In this document: positions 41,638 to 58,326 of the stretch, piece after piece | Numbering within the stretch: position 1 is the stretch's first letter | Layout of the letters: each line of letters opens with the position of its first letter | Assembly: GCA_951406725.2 (NCBI GenBank) | Contig: OX597814.1 | Coordinates: forward strand, 59,086,001-59,150,000 | Reading direction: 5' to 3' | Length of the DNA: 64,000 bases | Source of the DNA: Octopus vulgaris | Lineage: Eukaryota | The notes under the pieces: generated by a model | Told to the model about the DNA's origin: nothing | Databases searched by the model: none | The model's input: the letters and a program-made list of their open reading frames with translations, nothing else | Position numbers and translations under genes: made by a program

Positions 41638-42973
41638 TAGGATAGCCCTGCATTTAAATTGATGTAATGATTGCATTGGTGAATTAAATGGATCCGCTTG
41701 AAACAGTCGTATTGCGTCACCTCGTGATACACTTTTGCTTATTTTGATTTATTCACTTTACTTTGAGTTGTACGGATATTACCGCACTGACTTGTTGCTT
41801 CGACTTAAGTACCTTATTCAACTGAATCTCACTTATTTCCCAATCACTACTCGTTCATACAGTTAGGTGAATTTACTTGATACAAGGACAAACTATTGAA
41901 TAAGAAGTACAGAGAAGTCATTTCATGAGTAATAGCATGAGCTTTAAAAACCAACCAATACTGGATAGATGTTCTTTTATTATTTCTACAATATGACTGA
42001 AGAAGTATATAAACCTGAAGGCGAAGCGTATTAAACTTGAGTGAAATTATTCAGGTTGATAATATTCAGGTGAGATTGACCTTGTATATATTAGTTTCAG
42101 TTCGAATAACTGATTAGAATGTTTACAGCTATACTTTTTTTTATGTAATGGTAACCTTTGTCAGATTATTTGGTTTGCTTCTTAACTGTGCAATTGATCG
42201 ACAAAGTTCTATTTTTTAATGGTTGCTTTTTGGTGTTGGATAGCATAACATTTAAGTAGTATGGAAGTTGAAAGCAGATGCAATCACAGCTTTCCCACTT
42301 ATTATTTGTGAGCCAGAACTTAGGAATATTTAACATCATTAGTCAAATACATATTCCATTGACCTGCATTAATACTTGTTAGTCATTTTTTTTCTTCCTT
42401 ACTATAGTTTATACGGTTTCCATAGTTCTGTATTTAATATATGGAAGCTTCTAAAAATTTACAATACGTTAATTGTTACTGTTATTTTTATTCAGATGTT
42501 ATCGGTCTTAACAAAACCGTTTCTGAGCTCGTTGAAGTTATAAACATAGGCATCGTTTTTTATTACTAACGCATAGTCTTTCATTAACCTATATCTGTTT
42601 TGTGTACTTGTATATCCATTGGTACACTCATATCTTCAATGTTTACATTTTTTTACTGCATACACCTACACGTATCACTGCGATTTAAATCACGCAAGCA
42701 TTCAGCAAAGTTTATAAACTGACAATCCATTTCATATGAGCCCTCCCTTTCATAAGTGGAATTAGTCGTATCATTTGTCGTATATTCATATCAAGAATAC
42801 AATACTGAAAAGTCAGTAAAACTATAATTCATAGAAGTGACTGCTGGAACATATTAAAACTTTAGCCCTCTGATGACTATTCATTCATTATGGATATAAA
42901 ACTAATTGTCTATGGTTCTGGTGAAATATGTTGAATAATATACAAAAAAATAGAAGGGAAGGAGGGAAGCAGA

Positions 42974-43040
42974 GAAGAAGAAGAAGAAGAAGAAGAAGAA
43001 GAAGAAGAAGAAGAAGAAGAAGAAGAAGAAGAAGAAGAAG

Positions 43041-43072
<32 letters not shown>

Positions 43073-43093
43073 GAATAATAATAATAATAATAA

Positions 43094-43124
<31 letters not shown>

Positions 43125-43218
43125 AAGAAGAAGAAGAAGAAGAAGAAGAAGGAGAAGAAGAAGAAGAAGAAGAAGAAGAAGAAGAAGAAGAAGAAGAAGA
43201 AGAAGAAGAAGAAGAAGA
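42974..43218. repeat. Compound microsatellite (GAA)n-(TAA)n-(GAA)n
   Basis: Direct reading. Confidence 0.96.
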
Positions 43219-43527
43219 ATATCATCATGTGCAAATTCTATATCGATGAGATTTGTCTGATTTCTACAGTTTTAAACTACCCGAATACTTGCACATAATT
43301 GTAATAGAAAGAATAGATTCCAAATTTGGCTCGTCACCAATAAACTTTGCAGAACGCGGATAGCAGTATTAATTGACTCAGGAACTAGAATAGGAATTTT
43401 AGTAGCGAAGAGACACAACATAATGTATTCACCTTTTGATTGCAGCTTCCACATAATGATATCAATAAACAACAAAATAAAAAGACATCGACAGGACCAG
43501 CCACAGTTTTAATATTATTATTATTAC

Positions 43528-43596
<69 letters not shown>

Positions 43597-43597
<1 letters not shown>

Positions 43598-44815
43598 TCC
43601 TTCTTCAAATCTTCCGTTTCTCGCCGAGTGTTTTCGGTACACCTAGGGCAGAGAAGCTCATTGTATGCATTCCCAGATTACACACGCAAATTTACATGTA
43701 AAATATGTATTTAAAAAATTAATGAATACATAAATTCATGAATGGATGTTGTTTTTACAGCGATAATGCTCTTCTCAGTACATGAGCCGTTCCAACCAAC
43801 ATGATTTTAAGCACTTCCTGTAGGGATGGTAAGCCTGGTATCATTTTCAAATAGGTTTCAGTACCTATTTTTATCATTCCTAGAGATCCCTACACAAGCC
43901 CGACCTTACTACTTCTAATAATAGCGGTTCTGTGGCATCTTTTACATATCATGCTATGTTGTTTTCTTCTACACTAAAGCTGTGATCACATCTAATAAGT
44001 CCTCTTTCCCCTCTTTTTCTTGGTATATACAGTCTGTCTGTGTCACTTTTTAGGTGGAGTGACCCATATCTAGTTAGCAACTACCTCGTCTTTCAGTCTA
44101 AGTTGTTTAGTTCGTCTACTGTCCATGTGATTACCCCTGCTCCATATCTAAGGAGTGAAACTGTCCGGGTATTGATAGCTTCGATCTTATTCCGCCTGTT
44201 TAATTTCGACTTAAAGATCAGTCTCAATCTGCGCAATACTCCACCTTAAATTTTACTGTCATTTCTTTCTCCGTCAATTTATCCATTTACAAAATCTCCA
44301 TATACTTATAGCCCGTCCCTTCTATTTGCCTCATAATCTCCTCCGACGGTACCGTTGGGCCGTCCATACATTTGATTTTGCCTCTCTTCAAGACTAACAC
44401 ACCACACCTACTCAGTCCGAACTCCATTCTGATGTCAGCACTGAAAGTATACACCGTATCAATGAGGGAACTGATTTGGGCTTCATCTTTACCATAAAGT
44501 TTGAGTTCATCGATAAATAATAAATGGCTGACTTTTTTGTTGGCGGCCTTTGAATACATACCCAGCTTTTGCTTTTCTCAGAATCAGTGTTTGTGGTATC
44601 AAGCACAGTACAAAGGTTGGTGGGGATAGGCCAGTCAGTCCCATTGGATGATGCCCCTCCTAATTTCTACTGTCCCTATACTTCTTCCGCATGCTGTCAG
44701 GTCCGTCCTCAAATTCGCCATACTTTTTAACGCAATCACTTATCATTCGATGCAATGCCAAATAGGTTCATACACTTCATAATCCAGGAATGTGGGATCA
44801 AATCGTACGCGTTGC
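43597..44815 (-). mobile_element. R4/Dong-like (restriction-like endonuclease) LINE remnant, internally deleted, with its 3' end running into (TAA)n
   Basis: AYDLIPHSWIMKC; VSHLLFIDELKLYGK..MEFGLSRCGVLVLKRGK..YKY; C-terminus GSLGMIK..IPGLPSLQEV..GTAHVLRRALS. (TTA)n at 43513-43596. Confidence 0.8.
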
Positions 44816-44909
44816 TGTTTTCTGCAAGTGCTCCACCCTTATTACAGCCCCTATTTGTTCCTATCATCATCACCATCATCATCATCAATATCACCATCAT
44901 CATCACCAC

Positions 44910-47190
<2,281 letters not shown>

Positions 47191-47207
47191 TTCTTCTTCT
47201 TCTTCTT

Positions 47208-47238
<31 letters not shown>

Positions 47239-47260
47239 TTATTATTATTATTATTATTAT

Positions 47261-47305
<45 letters not shown>

Positions 47306-48839
47306 TAGTAGTAGTAGTAGTAGTACACTATTGAGTGTTAAGCCATTCACTTCGTTTGTAATCCAACTGAGACTTACATGTATGATATGCATATGCCACA
47401 TTTGTATCGCATTTTGATATTAAGCTCTGCTGAAGCTGAATTAGCATTCACCTCTATATATGAGTATCATATACTTATTAGAATTGCTTCGGCAGGTGAC
47501 ACCACTGCTTTCTAATTCAGCCTTCTTGTTTATGCATAAAATACCCGTTACTTCTGCAAATTCTGTTTTATTCATATTCGTGTACAAATATATATATACA
47601 GTGTTTATTTTCTACATATGTTCTGGGCGACTAATAACCGCCTTTATCTCAACATTAAATAAACCTGAACAACAAGACTTTCCTAAGGAAAGACGTATTT
47701 GCTTCTCGCCTTAGTGAATGTCGTATAATATCTACGCGATAGCTTTTTAGGATTTAAGCTATATCTCAAATGATATCCTGTCCAATATTATCTTGAAAAT
47801 GTTAGAAAGTATTAGCGGAGAATAACCGGTGATAATTAAATTAATTGTAATACGCATTTCAAAAATGTAATCTAACGCTAGCGATAGAAATAAATATTAT
47901 GTAGTGGAGCTGGTTGCCGAACGAAATAGTTTAGTACAGTATTGCTTTCAGTTAGCTTAATATATTATTTTAGTTCCGCAATTTCCCATTGATGTCCGCA
48001 TAAGTTAATTCAAAATCAGATCTTATGGATTGCAGCAGTAATACGGGCTTTGGCAGAAGATCTTACAGAATTGATTGATTGATTGCTAAAATTACACATG
48101 AAGAAAGAGCTGTTGAAGCTTTATCATACGTAATGATTATTTTTAACATTGGACAAAGACAAAAGATTTGGAAGAACAGAGAATAAACTGCTGAACATTA
48201 CCAGTACTAATTTATCAGCCTCTCTATTAGATAGAAAGGAACATTTTATTCCGGAGGGAATATAAATTCGCATAGCATAAGGGAAGATTGCTAAGTACTA
48301 CAAGGCACTTAGAAATTTTACAAGTTATTTAATATTTAATGTAGTTTCAAAATTATACATTTTGTGAGTGGGGCCAACTGGTTGCATCGACGTAACATCA
48401 ATATTGCAAAGTATTTATTTACTGATTGTATCCTTAATTATTCTTTAGAATTACACTGAGAGTTTCTATCATATAAACAATTGAACATATTTTTGATGGG
48501 AGTATAGCCAATTACATCGACCCCATCAGACAGGTATTTCTTTGGATAATTAACGGATAAAAAATCAGTCCATAACAAATCGGTTTCGATCTTCAGACAG
48601 ATACTAATGAGGTTTAATTACATAGCACAAGACATTTTGGTAATGTGTCGATGCAGCCTCATGTTATCATTTTTTTTGTGGAATATGCACATGCAACTAA
48701 GGGAAGAGGGACTAGATGATTATACTGACCCAAAAAGATTTCTAGTGTTTAATTTTATCGATTCCGGAAAGAAGTAAGAATTTAGTCAACCGCGATTTAA
48801 CTCAAAACAAAACAAAGTGCCAGAACAAAAACAACTTCC

Positions 48840-49900
48840 AGAAGGGGTTCAGTGAATAAAACTAGCTTTGGTTCTCGTACCATTTTCAAAAGTTCGTGTG
48901 GACCATTACATAATGGTTCAGCAAACGCTTTTAGGCGGTTAATAAAACCCGTGAACCAAATGAAATGATGACATCCATTAAAATGTGAAACAAAATATGA
49001 TATTCAAACACAAGAAAACACATTCGTATAATTACTGTGCGGTCGCATCACCAATACCGCAGAAGTAAAAACATCAAACAACTATTTGGAAAACATAAAT
49101 GAAGCGCAGAATGCCTTATAAAAAAAGTTGTAACTTGTAGGATCTTCTTTGTCACATACACACATTCATACATATAAAGTTGTTGAAGGATTCTGCAGTA
49201 AAACACGACTCCGAACCTACCCTGATCGTTTTGGTGATAAAAAGAAGCATGTTACATAAATGAGAAAAAATTAAAAATCATCGCCATTGCTGAAACTATA
49301 TATATAAACAGCCTCACATCTCTCGGAAAAGCTTCTCGTAACATCAAATTATGTCACCGACGCGTAAAACAAATGTCCACCGTCTAAACTTGCACGTCCA
49401 AGTCAACAAAAAAAAATATGTGACTCGTATGCTGTACTACTCTACATTAAGCACACTTTAAATAGCAGCTCACCGCTGTTCTTGATTGGGAAGAATCCTG
49501 GTAAATACCGTTTCGTGAGCGGCCAACATACGATGAAGTAGTTTCTCGGGAAAATCACTTTCTCCTGTACAGCAATACTACAGAAAAAATTTTTTTGCAA
49601 TTTAATTGACGCAGAGTGAGGATTTGTAGCATTTAATCTTGTATGTCTATTAGTCACTGGACTACGACCATGCAGGAGTACAGCCTTGTAGATAATATTT
49701 TGACCAAACATTACTTCGTTTAAAAGCATCTTGCAAACATATCATGAAGGTGATTTTAAATTATATTCATCAATTTGTTGTTATTAACTTTGCATCTGAT
49801 CATGGATCACGTCTCCACAATATAACATTTAAAAAAGAATTCCGGTGGCTTATACCGATGATTAAACTTTCTTTTATCTTTGGTGCTATTGCATCTTAAT
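48840..49900 (+). mobile_element. Degraded hAT (Charlie/Buster-like) DNA transposon remnant (tentative)
   Basis: Broken collinear motifs IAE..KQPH..EKLLV, KNFFC/FFCNL and EFRWL resemble IAK.KKPHTIGE.LI, E.FLFC..L and EVRWLS. Many stops and frameshifts. Confidence 0.4.
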
Positions 49901-50565
49901 AGTGATTGTCTTTGTTGCTGACACCTGTCCATGACTGATGAATCAAATTTAAAAACCAAAATGAACTCAAGTTAAATATGACTAATTCTATGCGTCTATT
50001 CACTCATGCTATTTCACTGATATTCATATATAAACGTGAGAACGAAATATATATATATCAAAATTAAAAAAACACAAATCCGGTATTGACAATGGTCTCG
50101 TTGTTTTATCGATGATGTGTAGCTATTTTGCTTACAGCTTTATAGACTTCTTAATTGTGTTGTTAAGTGTGTTATTAATAGACAAATCTAAATTCTTATG
50201 AGTAAATATGTGCATTCGACCATTTTATCAATAGAGTGGAACAATATTTACTAGGTCATCTGGTTTCCATCTTTGTTTTACACTTTACTGAATAGAAAAT
50301 AATTTAGAGGTCAGAAAAACTAACACATTGCTGGTGTTTTTTACAACTATTTATTGAACCAATAACCCTGTGAATTAATGGACTGAAATCAGTTAATCTT
50401 AATTAAATTTTCTGCGGAAACAAAAAAGGCTATAAAATATTGTTTCATGTTTCATTTTCTTCTCTGGCTCATAAATGTTTAACAGTTAACACTTTACCAG
50501 ATTAAGTATGATTATATCATATTTTTCAACTGACAAGCACAATAAATAATAATATTTATACACAC

Positions 50566-50643
<78 letters not shown>

Positions 50644-50692
50644 ATATATATAAATAAATAAATAAATATATATATATATATAATATATATAC

Positions 50693-50764
<72 letters not shown>

Positions 50765-50809
50765 AATATATATATAAACATATATATAAATAAATAAATA
50801 TATATATAT

Positions 50810-50880
<71 letters not shown>

Positions 50881-51519
50881 TTCAACCACAGTATTGGTTG
50901 AATGTATTCTTAAGTCCACCATTTCGTCAATCGCAGCAGATTCCAAGCTTCACCACTAATTCAGTTCAATTCTGAATTAAATTGCAAACTGTTAACAGAT
51001 TAACTTTGGCAGAAATAGTCTGAAATTTAGTTCAGTAGAAAAAAAGTTACATCAAAATATATATATGACCCCAAGGGGGTAGTAAGGCACCTATTCACCT
51101 TCAATTAACATAAAACTTTTAATTGTAAATAAAACGTATACCTTGTTAGACTTAAATTATAGAAAAATGCCTCAAGAAATCAGAATCAGAGTTGCATTGA
51201 ACACAATTTAGTAAAGAGAGTTATAGGGTAAAATTATACGAAATCTCCTGTCAGTAAGGGAGTAACGCTTCGGCTATAAGAATAAAGAATATATAAGTAA
51301 TATATATATATAAGTAAAACATTTCTTATTCTTTACTTTACTTGAAGTAATAGTTATCCCAATAATTTTACAGGTGTAATAATTGGTCCTGTACTTTTCC
51401 AGGTTTATAATCTTAAGACTATTAGTTTTCATGCTCGCACTTTTCCATGTAATATATATATATTTATTTGTGTGTGTGTGTGTGTGTGTGTCTATATATC
51501 TATATAAGTACATTATGTA

Positions 51520-51572
<53 letters not shown>

Positions 51573-53860
51573 GTGTACGTACCTCTGTGTATATTCTTGA
51601 CGTCATAAGATCGTTATAACGTTTCGAAGGAAAGTGAACTGAGATTTTGGGGTTAGATTTCACACAAAACTGTATATGATAGCATTTAAATGTTTAGTTA
51701 AAACACACTTTGGCATGTAAAAAATGCAGAGATGAAAAATAAATTTGTAAATGCGTGTAGTCACAAGAATAAGCAATGCTTGACTTTCATAGCTAGTTTT
51801 TTTTTTCAGGAAATAGTATACCTGTCAATTCACTAAAATATTATAAGTAATGTATACAGAGTATGTACTGTATGTATACGATATATATAGTTCGAAATAA
51901 TGCCCACAAAATTCTACAGAACTAAAATCATATTTATCTATTATTTTCTAACACAATATATGAAGCAAGTTCACTTCATTAATCATATGGCTTTCCAGAC
52001 AATATAATAGCAGAAAAGTACAGGAGACGGTCTTAGGTCTAATCAGCTGTATTCAACTCCTAATATCTATCATTGAGTACCTTTTGGGAAAAACCATTGT
52101 TGGTCTTCAGAAATGCGTACACTTTAAGTCATGTCATTATATTTACTGGGAAATTTGTGACTATTTATTGAAGAAATCAAATATATATTACGAGGTTGAA
52201 GAGATTGTTTAATAGTAAACACAAAAATGTGTGGCTGTCTCCATAAACATGCGTACGTTATTTGAAGTTCACGTCTGAGTGTGTATGCTTTTACGTGTGC
52301 GTTTTCTAAAATGGCATCAAGTGCATTAAAATGACAGAATTTTGTTGCAATAAAATGTTCATTAGACTACCTGTATAATGAGAACTTTAAACATCACCTT
52401 TTAACAAATAATCTAATATTATAACTTTTCCTATTATCTGGAATTCTTTGTGATCAGGTGTGTTGTTATTGTTTAAATATTTGATATTACTAAGTGTAGA
52501 CTAATAACATTGTGATTTAATCTGACTAATCACTAGTTCAGAGTTGAGCGTATAGAATGCTATAGTTCATGGAATAACGAAAATAAACAACACCCTAATA
52601 AATTGACAGATATATGTTACAAGGATATTACATTCTGCACATTCAGAATATCTCAATAATCGTTAAATTAATCAATAGTGAAACGCATACTATAATGTAA
52701 CATGAACTAAATTCACTTTTACTCAATCACACAGATAAACACACACACACCTCACACACACATTATTGATTTCTCTGTGTGTGTGTGTTTGTTTGATGGT
52801 GTGTGCGTGTGTGTTTTGTGTGTGTGTGTGTGTTTTGTGTGTGTGTGTGTGTAGTGGAGCAATGTATTCATTTATCGAAATTTGCTTTGCTACATCCATT
52901 TTCGGAACCTTGGGAAATTTTCAATAGTACCAACATCATTATTTGGTACTCATAAGATACCCTAATCTTAATTTAATTCTGAACTGTTGACAATTCACCT
53001 TTCAAATAGTATTCAATATCTTTAAATCACATGTTTCTTACCATTATCGACAGGTTCAGCCACTGAAACTGATTTATCTTGTAAGATGTGCCACTGTAAA
53101 ATATGTTTCCCCGGTTTCCATTTAACTAATATTGAATATTCTAAAATCATCTAATAGCCGCTTATTAAATAGATCATAATACTTTCATCTCTCGCAAACG
53201 GAAATGACATAATAATAATATATTCCAGAGAACAGTACCAAATATTAAGCAGAATCGATATGTTTACGCTAATCACAGTTTATTAAATCGTCATGATACA
53301 CTACTCTATTAGGGAAGGAACATGAAATATTTAATGTATACTTACGAACGGCACAAAGCAAATAGTTTGCGTTACGTTAAGGCAGTTTCCATTTATCTTA
53401 TAACATATTAAGAGATTTACTAATGCACCAGACGTAAAACTCTTGGAGTCGTGGCAGATTATCAACAAAACATTTATGTACATATGAAAAATCCGGTGTA
53501 GGATTAATCGATCGCTCAAATATTTGAGAAAGTGTAGCTTTATGCAGCATTATCGAATATCAATTTCACTGGATTATGTAATATGCACTTAAAACTTGGC
53601 ATAAAATAAGTGCAAACGAATGAGATGTAAAGGTAGATCAGAAAATTATCTAAGATCGGTATTGTTTCTTAATTTTAAGTTTGTATTCCCATTAATTTCC
53701 AGCTTTTTTTATACACTGAGTACACACACACACACGCACACACATACACATACATACATACAAACATATATATATATGTAAAAATATATATATATATATG
53801 TATGTATTTATCTGTCTATCTAGCTATCTATGTATGTATGTCTCTCACTCTCTCTCTCTA

Positions 53861-53898
<38 letters not shown>

Positions 53899-54513
53899 AT
53901 AATAAATATTAGGGAATAAATCCAAATTTACAGGGAAAAAAAAATCAGATTTAGGATTAAATCCAATTTTATAGTAAAATATTATAAAATATTATTAGAA
54001 TATTTTATATATATATATATATACATATACTATCAAGGCAGTTTAGACGAGCAGTCTTATATGATTGCTATTAATTACAGTATACATACGCATACACTCT
54101 ATCAAATAATGCCAGATATAGAAAAGACGAGCATTTCTATATTCCTGTGGATTTCGGCTTCAATTTGAAAAAAATCATCGACACATAATTAGTTTAGCTT
54201 CACCGTTTATTTTAAAATTTTAGCTGCTGCTATTGTCTATTAAAGTTATGTATTTGCGTGTGTGTGTGTGTGTGTGTATGTGTGTGTGTGTGTGTGCGTG
54301 CTTGTGTGTTTGTGTGCGTGTGAGTGTTTGTTTATTTGTGTGTGTATATATGTGTGTATGTGTGTGTGTGTCTGTGTGTGTCTTTGTGTGTGTGTAGTTC
54401 CAGAGAGTGTATATTTAAATATGACTTAACTTACACTGTAACTGTAGTAAATGGACACTATTTTCAAGTAATGTATTTGGTAATTTATTTTGTAAGCTAG
54501 AAACTGTTACTTC

Positions 54514-54569
54514 TTTCAGAAATACAGATTTTTCAGAAATACAGATATTTCAGAAATACAGATATTTCA
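54514..54569. repeat. 18-bp tandem repeat x3
   Basis: TTTCAGAAATACAGAT(A/T)T repeated three times. Confidence 0.88.
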
Positions 54570-55496
54570 TTTTTCAGGTTCACGAATCTGAACACGGTTC
54601 AAATCGCTATATGATTCACAACCTAAATTACGCGAGACGTTTTCCCTGCAAATAGCCAACACTCACATTATATTTTCTATATGACTGGTATTGCACTCAA
54701 TTAACTCCCAATAATGTAAAACGCCATCCCCAACCAATCAAGAATGCCCTCCTTCGTCGCTGAACATGCTGGAAATAGCAGCCAAATTCTTCACAGCTCA
54801 TATCCTACCATGATAAAAAATGAGAAAAAAGACATTGAATAATATACTGGTTACACTGTTTCGTATGATGGGTTAGTGCAGGCGAGTAGGTAAGATTTAT
54901 GAATCTGATTCAAAATAGTATAAAAGACTTATTACGATTTTCTATTACTAGGAATAGAAAATCTTCCGACTTTCTATTACTAGGAATATTTTTGAGGAGG
55001 ATGTGAAGTAGATGCTTAATTGGTTTCATATATGTTCAATCAAACTGATCTGGATTTAAACTTTTACACTACGAAAACAAGTTTAGTACGGAATATAATG
55101 ATAGAACACACGTATACATAATCTAGAAAATAAAATGTAGAATCACGAAACTAATATCAAATGCTACAAAACAAGCACGTCATCGGGTTAAGCGCTAATG
55201 CTGTAATCCGCTCTTTACTTGTCTTAAGTCGTTTTTACTACTTTCACTTCAAGACCACTCTTTTACTCAGTCCTTGACAATCATGTTCTAAAATGAACAT
55301 CATTCGCCTCTCTAATTACCTCCAAAATATTTGGAAAATCTTCTGCTTCTCCCCTTTCTATTGTGACTCACATTATAAATAAAATTTGACGTATTTAACT
55401 AGATATACAGGCATATATATTTACATGTCAACACTATATAAAACATAAAAGATAAGAAAAATAATTTTTTTTATATATGTTTGCACATAGATATTA

Positions 55497-55612
55497 ATGG
55501 ATAGGACTACACAGCCACAGCAGGAAATGTATCAGGACATGAAATATAAAAGCCGGACTAGACTACTTTATGCGCAACTCCATTGTCTCCCGTGACAGAA
55601 GGGATGCCAACC
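55497..55612. repeat. Interspersed repeat family X, copy 3 (opposite orientation)
   Basis: GGATAGGACTACACAGCCACAGCAGGAAATGTATCAGGACATGAAAT..GCCGGACTAGACTACTTTATGCGCAACTCCATTGTCTCCCG is the reverse complement of 14708-14821. Confidence 0.87.
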
Positions 55613-56978
55613 AATGGATGGGTGTACATAGATATTAATGTATTTGAAAGTTATGTACGTACTGTATTTATGCATGTATGTTTGTATACATGTATGCCTA
55701 CATGCATGTGTGCATGTCTGATTGTGTATGTATTGTTTTTTTATAAATGTGTTTGTGCGTACATTTACATCGGTCTAAAATGTAGACTAGTCTATACTGG
55801 TTCTCTGTTTGAGGTATTTCTTAACATATTACCAAAAACTGCAATGAATATATGAAATTTGTTATTCTTATAGTGTAAGCTTTCTACTTAAGCATACGTC
55901 ACATCTTACTCACATTTTCAAGTTCTCTCTCAGAGTCATTTATTTATAAAGTCTCCAAAATAATATATGTATCTTTATTCTTGTATCACTAAGTTGTTTT
56001 GTATTTATCTCTTTGATCTAACAATTGTAACCAGTAGTACTTTTGTTTTCCTTCAGCAAACCTGATTCCTTAATCCGTCTCTCTTCAGCACTTTCCTGTC
56101 GAGTGGAACACTTTTTACTCTCAACATCAATTGCTCTCTTTGTATCCCATTTAACTCTCAATGTTTCATAATGTCCTGAATGTTTCCATACAAATTCCAT
56201 CTACCAGGTTCCAATTATGAAGTATTAGTAAACAAGATATGTGCTACACAGTAGTGTCGAAGCTGAAATGGTGTTGAGGTGTAGCAAAATTCAGTACGCT
56301 AAATAAATTCTTTATTTGCTTTCAAACATCATGTGTTCATTAATTTCAAAGCAACACCAATGTTTTATTGAAATGTGTTTATCTATTCAACATCCACTCC
56401 TGTTTCCAATTTTATTTGGTAGACTGTCTATTGTACTTGAGGTGTTAAGATTGTTTACGTTATTTTAGTAGATATTTTATCAGTGTCATTTGAATTTACT
56501 TCACCTGAAAATTGCTACAAGTTCTTTATTATAGTTGCAGTCAACTGAAAGTGGGTGGTTGGTGTCAAGAATAAGGAAATAAGAAATTCTTCTATTACAT
56601 TTTTTTAAAATGAAATGTTGATCTTTTGCGCTGTTGCATTACTAATTTATGTGGGATAAACGGTGAAATAGCTGAGAAATAGAGAAGAGATGACACTTTT
56701 AGAATAGTGTGTACTCGCAACAAATGTATGATTTATAAAACATTTAAAGCATGCCATTAGGGAAATTTCAACATGTACAAATAATTTTTGTCCCCGTTCT
56801 ATAGGGAACATTACATCTAGCTCTCTTTGTAGGTTTCCATTAAAATATTACTCGAATCCACCTTCATATTTCTCTGTTTCTGGAAAGATACCCTCACTAC
56901 ACAGCGTACTTGATGCAAAGGAAAAAGAGTGAAACCGGACAGAGAGAGAAAGAGAGAGAGAGAAAGAAAGAGAGAGAT

Positions 56979-57009
<31 letters not shown>

Positions 57010-57499
57010 GAGAAAGAGTGATAACAGAATCAACGTCAAAACTTCACTAATACTTTGTGTTTCAAGCTCTACTCAATTGTCATACTCCGGCTATTTAACA
57101 TATCTGTTTCGCTCGTATGTAAAAATAAGCTTCACAAAGGTCTATATAATAAATTATACCCTCTCCACATACCTTACCTCTACCCATACCCTCTGCCTAC
57201 CCACATACCTCACCTGTACCCACATTCGCGCTTTCCCCATTCTCGCCTCCTCCCCTCCCAACACCATCACACCATACCACACTACACCATACCACACAAC
57301 ACAACACCACGCAAACACCAGCACTGACCAATTCTCATCCCCACATTTTCATACTTACACATACACACACGTACACGTAGAGATCACCAGCCCTCCTTCA
57401 CACGCACATACGTACTCTCTTACACACACGAGCACCTACGTTTTGGGATCACTACTACATTGTTATCCCCCCCTTCTTCTTAGCTTTCCTGTGTGACCC

Positions 57500-57699
57500 T
57501 TCTGTCCGGCATTCGCAATGATAGATCGCTAGCCACTACACACATTTTTTCTCTCCTTGTTTCTTTCTGTGTTCTTTTCTGTGGAAGAGCGTAAGCTCCA
57601 AACGTTAGAGACTTTTTCAATTTTCGAGCGTTATACTAATACATCTGTTTGTTTTCTACACAACCCGTCTTCGTCTTTTGTTTTTTTGTGAATGCTCCG

Positions 57700-57703
<4 letters not shown>
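57500..57703 (+). mobile_element. Interspersed repeat family Y, copy 2 (hammerhead-like motif decayed)
   Basis: Aligns with 14930-15138. Motif CTGTGGA a gagc-gtaa-gctc CAAA cg TT agag (57579-57610). Ends at (TA)n. Confidence 0.7.
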
Positions 57704-57757
<54 letters not shown>

Positions 57758-57980
57758 AGAAATATTGAATTTCTAAATCTCTCGTAGAGACATGTACGGT
57801 GGTGGGGCGATAGAATGGTTGTATACTGTTAATCTAACAAGAACGTGACAGTAGGGGTACACCACCGCTGTGTAGCCCTAGGAAGCATCGAACGCCTCCT
57901 GATGGCTTTGACACATTTTTCCCTGTGTCCTTATATACATTTACGAGGGGAGACAAACACCCCCGGCTGCCGGAACTGCA

Positions 57981-58025
57981 TCTAGGGACACGTGTTTCAG
58001 GATCGTTGTCCTTCATCGGCCTAGA
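57981..58025 (-). ncRNA. Hammerhead motif, left-arm copy with CCGAUGA core
   Basis: Reverse complement reads tctagg CCGATGA agga-caacga-tcct GAAA cacgtg TC cctaga. Confidence 0.75.
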
Positions 58026-58281
58026 GTAGCAGACACCGGTCAGCTGGTGATATTTGCCTCGACTTCGTAATTGTATATATCTATATTCAGTGAAGTCTAT
58101 TCACTGATTATCAAAATAAGAAATATTGAATTCTATCGCCCCACCACCGTACATGTCTCTACGAGAGATTTAGAAATTCAATATTTCTTATTTTGATAGT
58201 CAGTGAATAGACTTCACTGAATATAGATATATACAATTACGAAGTCGAGGCAAATATCACCAGCTGACCGGTGTCTGCTAC

Positions 58282-58326
58282 TCTAGGCTGATGAAGGACA
58301 ACGATCCTGAAACACGTGTCCCTAGA
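58282..58326 (+). ncRNA. Minimal type I hammerhead ribozyme with intact core; predicted cleavage after GUC at 58320
   Basis: tctagg CTGATGA agga-caacga-tcct GAAA cacgtg TC cctaga. 6-bp stem I, 4-bp stem II, self-complementary stem III ACACGTGT. Confidence 0.88.

Noticed and set aside
54514-54990. Short direct repeats considered as a CRISPR-like array
   Set aside because: No spacers, only 2-3 units, eukaryotic context; simple slippage duplications.
56018-56200. ORF MEFVWKHSG..VKW..KKC as a PLE C-terminus or host exon
   Set aside because: Only loose motif resemblance, with key Cys/Glu spacing missing.
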